Assembly: GCA_016927275.1 (NCBI GenBank)
Contig: JAFGMW010000030.1
Location: forward strand, 8,135-72,134
Origin: Pseudomonadota bacterium
GTDB taxonomy: Bacteria > UBA10199 > 2-02-FULL-44-16 > JAAZCA01
Reading direction: 5' to 3'
Length of the DNA stretch: 64,000 bases
This document shows, piece after piece, positions 19,700 to 34,200 of this stretch. A program made the position numbers and the translations under genes. The notes beneath the pieces are model-generated. The model was not told where the DNA came from. It worked only from the letters and a program-made list of their open reading frames with translations, and did no database searches. The number at the start of each line of letters is the position of its first letter. Positions within the stretch are counted from its first letter, which is position 1.

Positions 19700-20113
19700 A
19701 TGCTGAAGAGGACAATCAGACAACTGATACGGTGGGGGACGACGCTGGCCTGGGCGGCGGGCATACTCTATCTCTCCTTCATGCCGGGCCCCGGGATCGA
19801 GTTCTTCCCGCATCAGGACAAGGTCGCGCACTTCGCGATGTACGCGGGGCTCGCATTTCTGCTCGTCTGGTCTCTCAGGCTCACCGCTCTCCGGTTCCGT
19901 CCGTACGCCCCGCTTCTGGCGGCCGCCTTCGCTGCCGCATACGGGGCGCTCACCGAGGCGGGCCAGCTCTTCATAGCGAGCAGGAGCTCGGAGCCTGCCG
20001 ATTTCGTCGCCAACGCGATCGGGGCCGCGATCGGTGCGTGGTCCGGGATGCGGGCGGCGGCGGCGCTCGAGCGCCGCAGGGCGAGGAGTGGCGTGGCGGA
20101 GGGGGCGATATGA
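19700..20113 (+). CDS. VanZ family membrane protein
   Basis: DKVAHF..Y, E..Q.FI..R, D..AN..G. Confidence 0.85.
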   Translation: MLKRTIRQLIRWGTTLAWAAGILYLSFMPGPGIEFFPHQDKVAHFAMYAGLAFLLVWSLRLTALRFRPYAPLLAAAFAAAYGALTEAGQLFIASRSSEPADFVANAIGAAIGAWSGMRAAAALERRRARSGVAEGAI

Positions 20114-20622
20114 TCGATTCATTCGGCGAAAAGACCCCGGCCGTGGACGTGTCGTGCTTCGTGGCCGACAGCGCCGCGGTGCTCGGCGACGTGATCATGG
20201 GGCCGCTGTCGAGCGTCTGGTTCGGGGCGGTGATCCGCGGGGACGTTGGCAGGATAAGCATCGGCCGCCGCTCGAACATACAGGACCTCTGCGTCCTCCA
20301 TGTGGAGCAGGGCGGGAGCCTCTCCGTGGGCGACGACGTGACGGTGGGACACAGGGCCATCCTCCACGGCTGTGCGGTCCGCGACAGGGTGCTCGTAGGC
20401 ATGGGCGCCGTGATAATGAACGGGGCCGAGCTCGGCGAGGGCTGCATCGTGGGCGCCGGCTCGGTGGTGACCGAGGGCCAGAGGGTCCCCCCGCGGTCGC
20501 TCGTCCTCGGCGTGCCCGCGCGCGTAGCGAGGGAGCTCACGGACGAGGAGGTGGCCGAAACAGCCGCCTCGGCCGACCGTTACTCGAGATACGCCTCCCA
20601 GTACATCGAGCAGGGGTTCTGA
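20110..20622 (+). CDS. Gamma carbonic anhydrase family protein
   Basis: Hexapeptide repeats; RGD, NIQD, TVGH.AILHGC. Confidence 0.92.
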   Translation: MIDSFGEKTPAVDVSCFVADSAAVLGDVIMGPLSSVWFGAVIRGDVGRISIGRRSNIQDLCVLHVEQGGSLSVGDDVTVGHRAILHGCAVRDRVLVGMGAVIMNGAELGEGCIVGAGSVVTEGQRVPPRSLVLGVPARVARELTDEEVAETAASADRYSRYASQYIEQGF

Positions 20623-20637
20623 CGGGGCCATACCACT

Positions 20638-21636
20638 ATGCTATATCCCGATTTCAAGAGGTTCGTATCCGCCGAGGGGCTGCTCCGGGAGGGGGACCGC
20701 CTCCTCGTCGCGGTCTCGGGCGGCGTGGACTCCATGGTGATGATGGAGCTCCTCTCCAGGGTTGCCCGCGGCATGGACCTCCGCGCAAGGGTCGTGCATG
20801 TCAACCACATGCTCCGCGGCAGGGAGTCGATGCGGGACGAGAGGCACGTCGAGCGCGAGGCCCGTCGCCTGGGCTTCGAGTTCGCCTCAGCGAGGGCGAG
20901 GCCGCGCGCAGGGGAGAACCTGCAGGGCTCCGCGCGCTCTCTGCGCCTTCGCTTCTTCCGGAGGCAGGCGGAGGAGTTCAGGGCCTCGCGGGTGCTCCTC
21001 GCACACAACCGGGGCGACCAGGCGGAGACGGTCCTCATGCACATCGTCAGGGGCGCGGGGCTGGCCGGCCTGGCCGGGATGTCCCCGCTCTCCAGGGCGG
21101 ACGGCATTCTCATCGCGCGGCCGCTGCTCTTCGCGTCGAGGGGCGACATAGCGGCTTACGCGAAGAGGCGCGGCGTCGCCTTCCGCGAGGACCGCACCAA
21201 CCGCACGCTCAAGTACCGCCGCAACGAGGTGAGGCACAGCCTCATGCCCGCGCTCGAGCGCATGAACCCCAGGATAGAGGAGTCGCTCGCGGCCATGGCC
21301 GGGAGGCTGCGCGAGGACGAGAGGGCGCTCGACCTCGTCGCCAGGGCCTCGTTCAACGAGGCGCTCGCCTCCGCAGCCGACGGGCGGGTTCTGCTGCGGG
21401 CCGAGGACTTCGCCGCCATGCCGGAGGTGGTGAGGGCCCGCATGCTTATGATCGCGTGGCGGAGGGCGACAGGACGCGCCTCGGACCTCAACGGCGACCA
21501 GATCAGGAGGATGGACTCCATCGCAGCCTCCGGGAGAAGAACCGGCGAGTACAGGCTCAGGGCGCCCTGGGAGTTCCGGAAACGAGCGGGACTCATCGAG
21601 ATCAGCAGGGGAAGGGCCGGAAGGGCCCGGCGCTGA
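20638..21636 (+). CDS. tilS: tRNA(Ile)-lysidine synthetase
   Basis: [33 protein letters not shown]. Confidence 0.93.
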   Translation: MLYPDFKRFVSAEGLLREGDRLLVAVSGGVDSMVMMELLSRVARGMDLRARVVHVNHMLRGRESMRDERHVEREARRLGFEFASARARPRAGENLQGSARSLRLRFFRRQAEEFRASRVLLAHNRGDQAETVLMHIVRGAGLAGLAGMSPLSRADGILIARPLLFASRGDIAAYAKRRGVAFREDRTNRTLKYRRNEVRHSLMPALERMNPRIEESLAAMAGRLREDERALDLVARASFNEALASAADGRVLLRAEDFAAMPEVVRARMLMIAWRRATGRASDLNGDQIRRMDSIAASGRRTGEYRLRAPWEFRKRAGLIEISRGRAGRARR

Positions 21637-21700
21637 ATCGCCTTGTCTTGGAGCGCCCTCTCGGTTAAATTGCCCCACTCAACCCATTTCAGGAGGAAGT

Positions 21701-23649
<1,949 letters not shown>

Positions 23650-23653
<4 letters not shown>

Positions 23654-24471
23654 GGATAGGCAGATTCAATCTGGACGAGCGTTGCCCCGCGATCATGGGC
23701 ATCGTGAACGCGACCCCCGATTCGTTCTCAGACGGGGGTCGTTTTCTCGAGCCGTCGCGCGCAATCGCCCGGGCCCTCGAGCTCGAGTCGGAGGGCGCGG
23801 ACATCGTGGACATAGGCGGCGAATCGTCCCGCCCGGGCTCGGAGCCGGTCTCCGTCGACGAGGAGCTGCGAAGGGTGATCCCCGTGATCGAGGGGGTCAG
23901 GAGGAGGAGCTCGGTCCCGATCTCCATAGACACCACCAAGGCACGGGTTGCCGCCCGGGCACTCGACGCCGGGGCGGAGATGATAAACGACATCAGCGCC
24001 GCGCGCTTCGACCCCCGGATGCTCGGGCTGGCCGCCGACAGGGGAGTGCCGATAGCGCTCATGCACATGAAGGGCACGCCTCGCACCATGCAGGAGGCAC
24101 CCCGCTACGGCGACCTCATGGCCGAGATCGGCTCTTTCCTCGCCGACGCGATGGCCCGGGCCGAGGGAGCGGGCGTGGCACGGGACAGGCTCATCGTCGA
24201 CCCGGGCATCGGGTTCGGAAAGACCGTGGAGCACAATCTCACGATCATTGCGCACCTCGATGAACTGTCAGCGCTCAAGGCGCCGATCCTCATCGGCACA
24301 TCAAGAAAAGCGTTTATCGGCAAAGTATTAGACTTGGAAGTTGATGAAAGACTTGAAGGGACTCTTGCCACCCTTGCGATAGCGGTGGACAAGGGCGCCT
24401 CCATTTTGAGGGTCCACGACGTGAGCCCTGCGAGGCGATTTCTCGATATGTATGAGTCCCTGTCCGGATAG
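23650..24471 (+). CDS. folP: Dihydropteroate synthase
   Basis: [40 protein letters not shown]. Confidence 0.97.
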
Positions 24472-24543
24472 ACGTATAAACTTGATATCTATATTCTTTT
24501 CCTGTAATCAGTCTCAACCCAAAAGCTCATGAAGCGAGGCTCG

Positions 24544-25926
24544 ATGAAAGATCCTGAGCGGAAGATCTTCGGCACCGACGGGGTCCGCGGCAAGGCCAAC
24601 ACGGCCCCCATGGACTCCGGGACCGCGCTCGCCCTCGGCAGGGCGGCAGCCATTCTCTTTGCCAGGGCGGGCCACAGGCAGAGGATCGTGGTCGGCAAGG
24701 ACACAAGGCTCTCCGGCTACATGATCGAGACCGCGCTGGCCTCAGGGATCTGCTCGGCGGGCGCCGACGTCTGGCTGGTGGGCCCGCTGCCCACGCCGGG
24801 CATCGCGTTCATAGCGCGCAGCATGCGCGCGGACGCGGGCGCGGTCATATCGGCCTCGCACAACCCCTTCGACGACAACGGCATCAAGTTCTTCGACAGC
24901 GACGGATTCAAGCTGCCCGACGAGCTGGAGCTCCGCATGGAGGAGACCGTCCTGCGCGGTGGTGGGGCGCCCGCCGGCCCCACTGGCGCATCGATAGGCA
25001 AGGCCCACCGCATAGATGACGCGGCCGGCCGCTACATCCAGTACCTCAAGGGGCATTTCCCGGGCGAGCTCACGCTGCTGGGGCTTCGGCTGGTGGTGGA
25101 CTGCGCCAACGGCGCGGGCTACAGGGTCGCCCCCACGGTGTTCCAGGAGCTGGGCGCCGAGGTCATAGAGATAGGCACCCGTCCGGACGGGCTCAACATC
25201 AACCAGGGATGCGGCTCGCTGCACCCGGAGCGGATGTGCGGCCTGGTGCGCAGGATGAAGGCGAACGCGGGCATCGCGCTCGACGGCGACGCGGACCGCG
25301 TCATCATGTGCGACGAGAAGGGGAGCGTGGTCGACGGCGACGTCATCATGGCGCTGGCGGCCCTCGACCGCAAGCGGCGCGGAAAGCTCGCGCGCGACAC
25401 GCTGGTGGCAACAGTGATGAGCAACCTCGCCCTCGACCGCGTCATGAGGGAGCATGGCATAGAGGTCAGGCGCACGAAGGTAGGCGACCGCTACGTGATC
25501 GACGAGATGCGCGGCGGCGGCTTCAACCTGGGCGGCGAGCAGTCGGGCCACCTCATCTTCCTCGATCACAACACCACCGGCGACGGGATCATGGGCGCGC
25601 TCAACGTGCTCGCGATAATGCTCCGGGAGCAAAGGCCCCTGTCGGAGCTCGCGAAGATTTTCGAACCGTACCCGCAGGTGAGGGTGGACGTGAGGGTGCA
25701 GCGGAAGGTCGACTTCGGCCGGATACCCGCGCTCGCCACCGCCCTTGAGTCGTACCGCGGCGAGCTGGGCCGCGAGGGCAGGCTCCTCGTCCGCTACTCG
25801 GGCACGGAGGACATCGCCAGGGTGATGGTTGAGGGCAGCGACCGAGGGAGGATAAGGCTCATGGCGAACGAGCTCGCAGGGCTCATCGGCGAGCACCTCG
25901 GAGGCGAAGGGACGGTGCTCCCATGA
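24544..25926 (+). CDS. glmM: Phosphoglucosamine mutase
   Basis: [28 protein letters not shown]; alternative ATG at 24529. Confidence 0.97.
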   Translation: MKDPERKIFGTDGVRGKANTAPMDSGTALALGRAAAILFARAGHRQRIVVGKDTRLSGYMIETALASGICSAGADVWLVGPLPTPGIAFIARSMRADAGAVISASHNPFDDNGIKFFDSDGFKLPDELELRMEETVLRGGGAPAGPTGASIGKAHRIDDAAGRYIQYLKGHFPGELTLLGLRLVVDCANGAGYRVAPTVFQELGAEVIEIGTRPDGLNINQGCGSLHPERMCGLVRRMKANAGIALDGDADRVIMCDEKGSVVDGDVIMALAALDRKRRGKLARDTLVATVMSNLALDRVMREHGIEVRRTKVGDRYVIDEMRGGGFNLGGEQSGHLIFLDHNTTGDGIMGALNVLAIMLREQRPLSELAKIFEPYPQVRVDVRVQRKVDFGRIPALATALESYRGELGREGRLLVRYSGTEDIARVMVEGSDRGRIRLMANELAGLIGEHLGGEGTVLP

Positions 25927-26642
25927 TCCGCCTCGGGGTCAACGTCGACCACGTCGCGACCATAAGGCAGGCGCGCGGGACCGTCTACCCCGACCCGCTC
26001 GCTGCGGCGCTCGAAGCGACGGCGGGCGGCGCCGACCAGATCACCATACACCTGCGCGAGGACCGAAGGCACATCCGTGACGCGGACGTGGCCCGGATGA
26101 AGGCCGCGATCGCCGTGCCGCTCAACCTCGAGATGTCGGTGTCGGAGGAGATCGTCTCCATCGCCTGCAGGGAGAGGCCTGCGGCCGCGACGCTCGTGCC
26201 GGAGCGCAGGGCCGAGCTCACGACCGAGGGGGGGCTCGACGTGGCGGGAAAGATGGCCGAGGTGCGCGCGGCGATCCGGCGCCTCTTCGATGCCGGGATC
26301 GAGGTGAGCCTCTTCATCGACCCGGATCTGCGACAGGTCGAGGCGGCCGGCGAGGCGGGCGCGCGGCGCGTTGAGCTCCACACGGGGGCCTGCTGCGACG
26401 CGAAAGGCAGCTCGGCCGCCGAAAGGGAGCTGGACAGGCTCGCGAGGGCGGCGGGCGCGGCGAAGGGCATGGGTTTCAGGCTCGCAGCCGGCCACGGGAT
26501 AAACTACGAGAACGCGGCCACGATCGCGCGCGCGCTGCCCGAGGTCGAGGAGTACAACATCGGCCACGCGATCGTCGCCCGCGCCCTGTTCGTGGGGATG
26601 AAAGAGGCCGTGAGGGAGATGAGACGACTGCTGAATCCGTGA
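25923..26642 (+). CDS. pdxJ: Pyridoxine 5'-phosphate synthase
   Basis: [30 protein letters not shown]. Confidence 0.97.
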   Translation: MIRLGVNVDHVATIRQARGTVYPDPLAAALEATAGGADQITIHLREDRRHIRDADVARMKAAIAVPLNLEMSVSEEIVSIACRERPAAATLVPERRAELTTEGGLDVAGKMAEVRAAIRRLFDAGIEVSLFIDPDLRQVEAAGEAGARRVELHTGACCDAKGSSAAERELDRLARAAGAAKGMGFRLAAGHGINYENAATIARALPEVEEYNIGHAIVARALFVGMKEAVREMRRLLNP

Positions 26643-26707
26643 CTGGCGACTTGTGACTTGCGTGCTGTCCCCACTCACAAGTCACGAGTTACGAGTCACG
26701 AGTTACG
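26638..26707. repeat. Two inverted heptamer arrays (fold-back)
   Basis: CGTGACT-type x3 then AGTCACG/AGTTACG-type x5. Confidence 0.85.
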
Positions 26708-26714
26708 GAGGTTT

Positions 26715-27089
26715 ATGATCATCGGAATCGGAGTCGATCTGGTGGACGTGAAGCGCTTCGAGTCCATCATCTACCGGTGGAGGGAGCGGTTCCTGCGCCG
26801 CGTCTTCACCGAGAATGAGATAAGGTACTGCAACACCAAGAAGCACCCGGCCCAGCGCTTCGCCACGCGGTTCGCCGCGAAGCAGGCATTCGTCAAGGCG
26901 CTCTTCCCCAAAGATCAGAAGGGGGTCCGCTTCGCAGACATCGAGATAGACCAGCAGGAGAACCGGCCGGTCATCAACCTGCACGGCGCTGTGGCGGAGC
27001 TGGCCAAGGGGCGCGATATAAAGAGGACTCACATCATGCTCTCCCACGACGGCGACTACGGCATCGCCAACGTCGTCCTTGAAGGATGA
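26715..27089 (+). CDS. acpS: Holo-ACP synthase
   Basis: GGAGG RBS; GIGVDLV, RFAAKQA..KA, LSHD. Confidence 0.93.
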   Translation: MIIGIGVDLVDVKRFESIIYRWRERFLRRVFTENEIRYCNTKKHPAQRFATRFAAKQAFVKALFPKDQKGVRFADIEIDQQENRPVINLHGAVAELAKGRDIKRTHIMLSHDGDYGIANVVLEG

Positions 27090-27976
27090 ACAGCACACTG
27101 TCACAGCTGACGATCGAGCCGGCCATGTTCGCCGGGCTGCTCGCACCGAGGGGGGCCGCGGCGCACAAGGGAACGTTCGGCCACGTCCTGATCTTCGCCG
27201 GCTCCGGCGGTCATCTCGGCGCGGGCTACCTCGCCGCGCTGGCGGCGCTAAGGGCCGGCTGCGGGCTCTGCACCCTCTGCCTCCCCGAGGGGGCGTTCGC
27301 GAGGTTCGACGCGCGCTACCCCGAGGTGATGTGCGACCCGATACCCGACGGCGGCGCGGGGTTCTTCACCCCGGAGGGGCTGGCTGCGGCGCACGGGCTC
27401 TGCGAGGGGAAGCAGGCGATGGCGATCGGGCCCGCGCTCGGCACGGCCGAAGGCACGGGGCAGTTCGTGAACAGGCTCCTTCTGGATTCGGAGCTCCCCG
27501 CCGTGGTGGATGCGGACGCCCTCAACGTGCTGGATCTGGACGCCCTCTCGCGCAGGGGATCGCCCTCGGTGCTCACTCCCCATCCGGGGGAGATGGCGGG
27601 GCTTCTTGGCTCGAGCGCGGATGAGGTCCAGGCGGACAGGACCGGCGCCGCCGCGAAACTTGCGAGGCAAACGCGCGCCTTCGTCGTGCTCAAGGGCCAC
27701 GGGACCGTGGTGGCCGCCCCCGACGGCAGGCTCGCGACAAACCCCACCGGCAACCCCGGCATGGCGTCGGCCGGCATGGGCGACGCGCTCACCGGGATCG
27801 TCGCATCGTTCATCGCGCAGGGGGCCGGCGCATGGGAGGCCTCGCTCGCCGCCGTTTACATCCACGGCCTTGCGGGCGACATCGCCGCGCGGGAGCTTGG
27901 CGAGGCCTCGGTGATCGCCTCCGACGTGATAGGGAGGCTCGGCGCAGCGATAAAAGAGATCGCCTATCGCATCTAA
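27086..27976 (+). CDS. nnrD: NAD(P)H-hydrate dehydratase (stand-alone)
   Basis: HKGTFG, DADAL, LTPHPGEM, GMGDAL.G; no YjeF-N epimerase domain. Confidence 0.92.
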   Translation: MNSTLSQLTIEPAMFAGLLAPRGAAAHKGTFGHVLIFAGSGGHLGAGYLAALAALRAGCGLCTLCLPEGAFARFDARYPEVMCDPIPDGGAGFFTPEGLAAAHGLCEGKQAMAIGPALGTAEGTGQFVNRLLLDSELPAVVDADALNVLDLDALSRRGSPSVLTPHPGEMAGLLGSSADEVQADRTGAAAKLARQTRAFVVLKGHGTVVAAPDGRLATNPTGNPGMASAGMGDALTGIVASFIAQGAGAWEASLAAVYIHGLAGDIAARELGEASVIASDVIGRLGAAIKEIAYRI

Positions 27977-27978
27977 CG

Positions 27979-28027
27979 TGTCACGAGTTACATGTCACGA
28001 GTTACGAGTCACGAGTCACGAGTTACG
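27979..28027. repeat. Heptamer array x7 (AGTCACG/AGTTACG)
   Basis: Fills almost all of the nnrD-tsaE spacer. Confidence 0.9.
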
Positions 28028-28031
28028 AGCC

Positions 28032-28445
28032 ATGAGGAAGCTGACCAGATCGCCCGATGAGACATTCGCCCTGGCCGCGCAGTTCTCCCGACGACTCAAG
28101 CCGGGGGACGTTCTGGCGCTGGTGGGCGAGCTGGGCGCAGGCAAGACCCGCTTCGTGCAGGGGCTTGCAGCGGGGCTCGGGGTGCCGGAGGGGGTCTTCG
28201 TCCGCTCGCCGTCGTTCGCGCTGATAAACGAGTACAGGGGCGGGCGCATGCCTCTCTACCACTTCGACTTCTACCGGCTCACGCGCCCCTCGGAGCTCGC
28301 CGACCTCGGCGTGGAGGAGTACTTCTCCGGCGACGGCGCCACGGTCGTGGAGTGGGCGGACCGCTTCCCGGGCTCACTGCCCGAACGCGCGAGGACGATA
28401 TCGTTCGGCATAGTGGACGAAAATACGCGTGAGATCGTGTTCTGA
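28032..28445 (+). CDS. tsaE: tRNA threonylcarbamoyladenosine biosynthesis ATPase
   Basis: [23 protein letters not shown]. Confidence 0.95.
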   Translation: MRKLTRSPDETFALAAQFSRRLKPGDVLALVGELGAGKTRFVQGLAAGLGVPEGVFVRSPSFALINEYRGGRMPLYHFDFYRLTRPSELADLGVEEYFSGDGATVVEWADRFPGSLPERARTISFGIVDENTREIVF

Positions 28446-28465
28446 TCACAGGGGGAGGGAGGGCG

Positions 28466-29842
28466 ATGTTTGATCTGGCGGTGATAGGCGCGGGGCCGGG
28501 CGGATACGTGGCGGCGATACGGGCGTCCCGACTGGGCGCCAGGGTCCTGCTCATCGAGCGCGGCGAGCTGGGAGGGGTTTGCCTCAACCGCGGCTGCATA
28601 CCCACGAAGTCCATGATCGCCTCGTCCCACGCCCTTCGCACGATAAGGCATGCGGGGGAGATGGGCGTCGCGCTCGGCGGCGCGGCGCCGGCGATCGAGA
28701 TGAAGCGGGTCAGGGAACGCAAGGACGCCATCGTGGAGAAGCTGCGAGCCGGCATCGCCCAGCTGATCAAGTCGAACGGGATCGAGCTGGCGAAGGGGGA
28801 GGCGAGGATCGTCGGGAAGGGCGCTCTCTCCGTGGACGGCCGCGAGCTCGCGGCGAAGAACATCCTGATCGCCACCGGCTCCACCTGGATAGAGATACCT
28901 GGGCTCGCCCCGGACGGCGACCGGATCGTCACGACCGACGAGGCGCTCGACTGGACCGAGGTCCCCGCAACCCTTCTCATCGTGGGCGGCGGGGTGATCG
29001 GCTGCGAGTTCGGCTGCATGATGCGAAGCTTCGGCGCAAAGGTCGCCGTAGTCGAGGCCATGCCCTCCATCCTCCCCCAGGTGGAGGGGGCGATATCGAG
29101 GGTGCTCGCCAGGCAGATGAAGTCGGACGGGATAGAGATAATTGCGGGCACGACCGTGGAGTCGGTCGACACCTCGGGGGGCAGGGTGAAGGCGAGGCTC
29201 TCCAACGGGACCGAGAAGACGGTCGACAGGGTGCTGGTCGCTGTGGGCAGAAGGCCGCTCACGAAGGGGCTCGGCCTCGAGGTCGCCGGCATCGAGCTTG
29301 TCGAGCGAGGCGCCATCAGGGTCGACGCGAGATTCGAGACCACCTGCAAGGGCGTCTACGCGATCGGCGACGTGATCGGCGGAGCGATGCTCGCGCACGC
29401 GGCGAGCGCCGAGGGGATCGCGGCGGTCGAGAACATCTTCGGAGAGGGGGGGAGCTACGACGCCTCCACGGTGCCGTCGCCGATATTCACATGGCCTGAG
29501 ATCGGAGCGGTCGGGCTCACCTCTGAGGAGCTCAAGGCGCGCGGGACGGAGTTCCTCACGGGCCGCTTCCCATATTCGGCGAGCGGAAAGGCGATGTGCG
29601 ACGGCGAGCCCGACGGGCAGGCGATCGTCCACACCGACATGGACGGAAGGATACTCGGCGCCCACATAATAGGCAGGGACGCGACGCTGCTGGTCCCCGA
29701 GGCGGCGCTGGCCATGCGCAAGGGGATGAGCGTGGTGGATCTCGAGAAGACGATACACGCGCACCCCACGCTCTCGGAGGTCGTGGCCGAGGCGGCTGCC
29801 GACGTCTTCGGCCGCGCGATACACAAGGCGAGAAGGGTCTGA
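28466..29842 (+). CDS. lpdA: Dihydrolipoyl dehydrogenase
   Basis: [28 protein letters not shown]. Confidence 0.96.
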   Translation: MFDLAVIGAGPGGYVAAIRASRLGARVLLIERGELGGVCLNRGCIPTKSMIASSHALRTIRHAGEMGVALGGAAPAIEMKRVRERKDAIVEKLRAGIAQLIKSNGIELAKGEARIVGKGALSVDGRELAAKNILIATGSTWIEIPGLAPDGDRIVTTDEALDWTEVPATLLIVGGGVIGCEFGCMMRSFGAKVAVVEAMPSILPQVEGAISRVLARQMKSDGIEIIAGTTVESVDTSGGRVKARLSNGTEKTVDRVLVAVGRRPLTKGLGLEVAGIELVERGAIRVDARFETTCKGVYAIGDVIGGAMLAHAASAEGIAAVENIFGEGGSYDASTVPSPIFTWPEIGAVGLTSEELKARGTEFLTGRFPYSASGKAMCDGEPDGQAIVHTDMDGRILGAHIIGRDATLLVPEAALAMRKGMSVVDLEKTIHAHPTLSEVVAEAAADVFGRAIHKARRV

Positions 29843-29843
29843 G

Positions 29844-31064
29844 ATGCAGACGATAGTCCACAAGTACGGCGGTACGTCGGTGGCCGACCTCGAGCGCATA
29901 CGAGCGGTGGCGAGGAGGGTGGCCGGGGTCGCCCGCGGGGGCAGCCGTGTCGCCGTGGTCGTCTCCGCGCAGGCGGGCGAGACCGACCGCCTCATCAGGC
30001 TCGCGCACGAGATGGCCCGCGAGCCGCACGAGCGGGACATGGACCTGCTCGTCGCCACCGGCGAGCAGGCGAGCGTCGCGCTCCTCTCGCTGGCGCTTCG
30101 GGGCGAGGGGCAGGAGACCGAGACGTTCCTCGGATTTCAGGCCGGCATCTTCACCGACGGAAACCACGGCCGCGCGCGGATAGAGGGCATCGATCCGGCG
30201 GGCGTCCGCTCGGCGCTCGATCGGGGGGCCGTCGCCATAGTCGCCGGGTTCCAGGGTATCGCGCCCGACGGCCGCATCACGACCATAGGCCGAGGCGGCT
30301 CGGACACCTCGGCAGTCGCGCTCGCGGCAGCGCTCCGCGCGGACCGCTGCGAGATATTCACCGACGTCGAGGGGGTGGCCACAGCCGACCCGCGCATCTG
30401 CCCCGACGCGAAGCTCCTGCGCAGGATCACCTACGAGGAGATGATGGAGCTGGCCGACACCGGCGCGAAGGTCCTGCACACCAGGTGCGTCGAGCTCGCG
30501 GCCAGGTTCAAGGTCCCGCTGGTGGTGCGGTCGTCGTTCACAGAGGGAGAGGGCACGTGGGTGGTGCCCGAGGAGAGCGTGCTCGAGGGGACGGTGGTCT
30601 CCGGGATAAGCCTCACCACAGGGGAGGCCAAGGTCGCGATCAGGAAGGTGCCGGACAGGGTGGGTGTCACCGCGGCCATCTTCAAGCCGATCGCCCGCGC
30701 GGGGATAGACGTGGACCTCATACTGCAGAACGTCTCTGAGGACGGATTCACAGACCTCACCTTCACGGTCCCGAAGGCCGACCTCAGGCGCGCGATGCAG
30801 CTCGCGGAGCAGGCGGCCCGCGACGTGAAGGCCGGCCGCGTGGAGGCTGCCGGCGACATTGCGAAGGTCTCCGTGGTGGGGCTGGGGATGCGCAGCCACG
30901 CGGGCGTCGCGCACAGGATGTTCGAGGCCCTGGCCGCGGAGGGGATCGCGATCGAGATGATCGGCACCAGCGAGATCAAGGTCTCGATCGTGGTCGACAT
31001 CCGCGAGGCGGAGAGGGCGGTGAGGGTGCTTCACAAGGCGTTCGGCCTTGCAATCAGCTCTTGA
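29844..31064 (+). CDS. lysC: Aspartate kinase
   Basis: [25 protein letters not shown], two ACT domains, TSEIK. Confidence 0.96.
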   Translation: MQTIVHKYGGTSVADLERIRAVARRVAGVARGGSRVAVVVSAQAGETDRLIRLAHEMAREPHERDMDLLVATGEQASVALLSLALRGEGQETETFLGFQAGIFTDGNHGRARIEGIDPAGVRSALDRGAVAIVAGFQGIAPDGRITTIGRGGSDTSAVALAAALRADRCEIFTDVEGVATADPRICPDAKLLRRITYEEMMELADTGAKVLHTRCVELAARFKVPLVVRSSFTEGEGTWVVPEESVLEGTVVSGISLTTGEAKVAIRKVPDRVGVTAAIFKPIARAGIDVDLILQNVSEDGFTDLTFTVPKADLRRAMQLAEQAARDVKAGRVEAAGDIAKVSVVGLGMRSHAGVAHRMFEALAAEGIAIEMIGTSEIKVSIVVDIREAERAVRVLHKAFGLAISS

Positions 31065-31103
31065 GAGCCTGTCGGATAAGTGCTAGGATTTGGCGTTAAA
31101 TTA

Positions 31104-31119
31104 TGTCGGATAATTGACA
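31104..31119. promoter_or_regulatory. Candidate enhancer for a sigma54 activator (TGT-N10-ACA)
   Basis: TGTCGGATAATTGACA; TGTCGGATAA also occurs at 31070-31079. Confidence 0.5.
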
Positions 31120-31183
31120 CATGGACCAGCCATATCACAATGAGAGCCAGATGGCGTTTATCAGTCAGAAATTAATCATTAAA

Positions 31184-31196
31184 AATCAACATATTG
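31184..31196 (+). promoter_or_regulatory. IHF binding site
   Basis: AATCAACATATTG matches WATCAANNNNTTR, with an upstream A/T tract. Confidence 0.65.
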
Positions 31197-31221
31197 TAGA
31201 TCAACCTGTGTTGTGATTCTC

Positions 31222-31237
31222 TGGCACCCCGCTTGCA
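31222..31237 (+). promoter_or_regulatory. Sigma54 -24/-12 promoter
   Basis: TGGCAC-CCCGC-TTGCA, 33 nt upstream of the ATG. Confidence 0.85.
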
Positions 31238-31270
31238 CATTACTGACGGGGGCTTGAAAGCGAGGTTCTC

Positions 31271-34200
31271 ATGAAAAGGGCATGTCTATTGGTTCTGGCG
31301 GTTGCCGCGCTTTTGGCTGCGATCACGACCGCAGCGATCGCACAGGAGCTCAAGGCCGGGTTTTCAAAACCTGTGCTGATCGGAGGCGACAATCCCGCAT
31401 CCCCAGCATCTTCGGCCGCCGCGATGATCGAATTCTTCTCACATCCGGTCGTAGAGGGGGCTCGAAACTTCAAGGTGGAGAGGGACAAGATAGAAGCGGA
31501 CAGCCTGTCGGTCTACATCGACGACGTGTTCGCAACGCCGGGTGCGGCGACGGGAAAGGCGGTCAGCGCCACATCTCCAATCATGGACAACCCCGGCGCG
31601 AGAGTCGCCTCTCCGGGAATAGAACCGATCAATCCCCTGGGTCCAAACGACATGTCGCTGTCAACCAGCACAGGCTTCAAGATGACATGGGGGCTTGATT
31701 ACTCGCTCGCGGAGGGCGAGAACGTTGAGGGCAGGAGGCTTGCGCTCGGCGACGTCCGTGTGGAGGAGGAGGGCGAATTCAAGGCGCTCTTCGGCAAAGA
31801 TCCCCTGGACACGCTGCTCATAGGCGGCGCCCGGCTGGCGCTGCTGGGCAACGCGTCGGAGGTCTCCCCGTACGATTCGGCCTATCCTGCGACGGTCGTG
31901 GCGAAGAACGAGGCCTTCCAGTGGTGCTCCATACCCAGATTCAAGATGCCGTGGCTCGGGCACAAGAAGTGCCTCATGCCGCTGGGCAGCCACGAATATA
32001 AGGACGTTTTGATTTACGATGCCGTGGATATAGGCAACGGGATCGTCGGCGTGGCCTATGACCCGTTCATCGTGAGAAATGAGATGGAGTGGTACCTCAA
32101 TGTGAACGGCTTTGCGACCCCCCCGGGCTATGTGAGCATGACGGTGCCTCCTGTCCATACCGGAGTCCGCGGCATCGCATATCATTCCCCTCTGGTCCTG
32201 TTCAGGAAGGCAGGGGAAGGCGCCTCTGCCAGATATAAATTCTCCGGCTACAGCTCTTTTCAGTTCCCGCAAATTGAGCCGGGAAAGAAGATCGGTGAGA
32301 TCCTCTGGCCTTTCATACTCACGAACTGGATGGTTCCGCTGGCGTCAAACCCGATAGCGATCGAGGCGGTCGACCCGAAGGATCCGCTCGATCGTTCCTA
32401 CAGCGATCTCGCGGTCCTGTATCGGAATCTATTGCTCAACCTCGACGCCACAGTTCACGGCTTCAGGGCCAGGCCCGCGGTCTTCGAGACCGACCTCTCG
32501 GCCGTTGATTCGTCGCTGGCCGGCCACAAGACGTTCCGCGACATGCTCGGCGTCTGTTCGGACGACGCCTGCACCAGCATCTCCTCCGGTGTCACGGAGG
32601 ATCTGTTCCCCGACAGGACCTTCGCCCTCATGGTGGTATGGAGGCAGGCCGGGCGCTGGCTGAACTCTGCTGCGTCGGGGGAATACGAGAAAATGAACCC
32701 GAGCCACGTGTTCCAGCCCGAGGGGGCGACCGCGATAGTCGGTGGGGACGCCTACGACATGGCGGTGCTCACCGATTTTGCGGAGGACACCGAGGGGCTG
32801 AGGAAGCAGCACATCCTCATCCCTTCGGCATACGACGCGCCGGGTTCCGATGCGGTCCTGTATGTCGTCGACGAGAATTCGAGGAGAATAGGGACCAGGC
32901 CCATAAAGAAGGTGGACCCGGCATTCATGGCGGATCCCATTGAATATGAGTCCGGCACCTGCGGCTACATCGATTTCGTTCCGGCCAGGCCCACGCCGCT
33001 TCTGCTGCCCGGGCTCATAAAGGTACCGAGGCCGGCCGACGGCCTGGTGCCGTACCGGATAGAGTCAGGCCGTATCACGGACGACCGCTGCGCCGATTTT
33101 GTAATAACGTGGAGGGGCTCAGGCATCGTCGCCGATCCTGAGAACGCAGGCCACGTCAAATTCGACGACGGGGCGGGGCGCATGTTCTCGAACTCGGTGA
33201 CCCTGGGGCTCCGCCGCGAAACCGTCCCGGGGGCATGCAGCAACTACGCCGAAATCGAGTACAGGACCATAGACGTCCCGTCCACCGCGGGCGAGCTGCC
33301 GCAGATCGCGGCCGCGGCCGTCGGCAGATTCATGCACGAGGGGGAGGGCGGCTACGCGAGCGCCGCGCTCAAGGCGGACATACTGGCCGGCAACGCGGTG
33401 CCGGAATCGGACGGCGACGGCGCCTACTCCTCGCACGCCTATCTCTTCAAGGCCGCTCTCGATTACTCCACACTGCCTCAGGACATGGAGAGGTTCCGCA
33501 CCGGCTTCGCCTCGTTCGAGGAAAAGGCTAAGGCGGCCGGCGTCGCCGACATCTCCGCAAAGAGAGCCGACGAGGGGCCGGACGCCATAGCCCAGGTGAC
33601 CGGAAGGCCGCTCATGCTGCCCGACGCGGGCTGCCCCGACTACTCCTCGGGCTCCGACGACCCCACGGTCGGGAGCGTGTTTCAGACATACCGTTCGGTG
33701 ATAGCGAACCTCTGGTCGGCGCATTGGACCTCCGTGAGCCCAGCGATGTACAAGGTGGCCATACCGTTCAGGGACGATCAGTTTCATCCCCTGCCCGTGG
33801 GCTGCGGCGAGCCGGAGCCGTGCGTGATAAGCTGGAAGGGAAAGGAGTACAGGCTTCCGTTCTACAAAGACGATCCCTGCTGCAAGGTCCCCTGCTCCGA
33901 GCCCATGGAATTTGAGGTGAGCCCGTGCGGCTCTTATTTTTCGAACCAGTATATGCCGTTCTCCTGCGACATAGTCGAGTACAGGAAGGCGTGGTTCGAT
34001 TGTGACACCTCGTCTTCCACTTCGAGGAACGGGTCAGAAGGGACGACGGATGTGATCGTGGGGCATGATCGCGGCGCAATAGCCGTGGCGTCGGAGCTCA
34101 GGCCCGCGCAGTTCGCCTCTCAAAACAGCCGGCAGGTCCCCGGCACCGCCGGCCAGGTCCCCGGCGCAAATGTTCTGCGCACCGACCAGGAATCGCCGCT

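Noticed and set aside
27086..27976. nnrD as a truncated pseudogene
   Set aside because: Stand-alone dehydratases are common and the expected motifs are intact.
34130..34168. Short tandem repeat encoding QVPGTAGQVPGA
   Set aside because: Two-copy linker duplication unrelated to the heptamer family.
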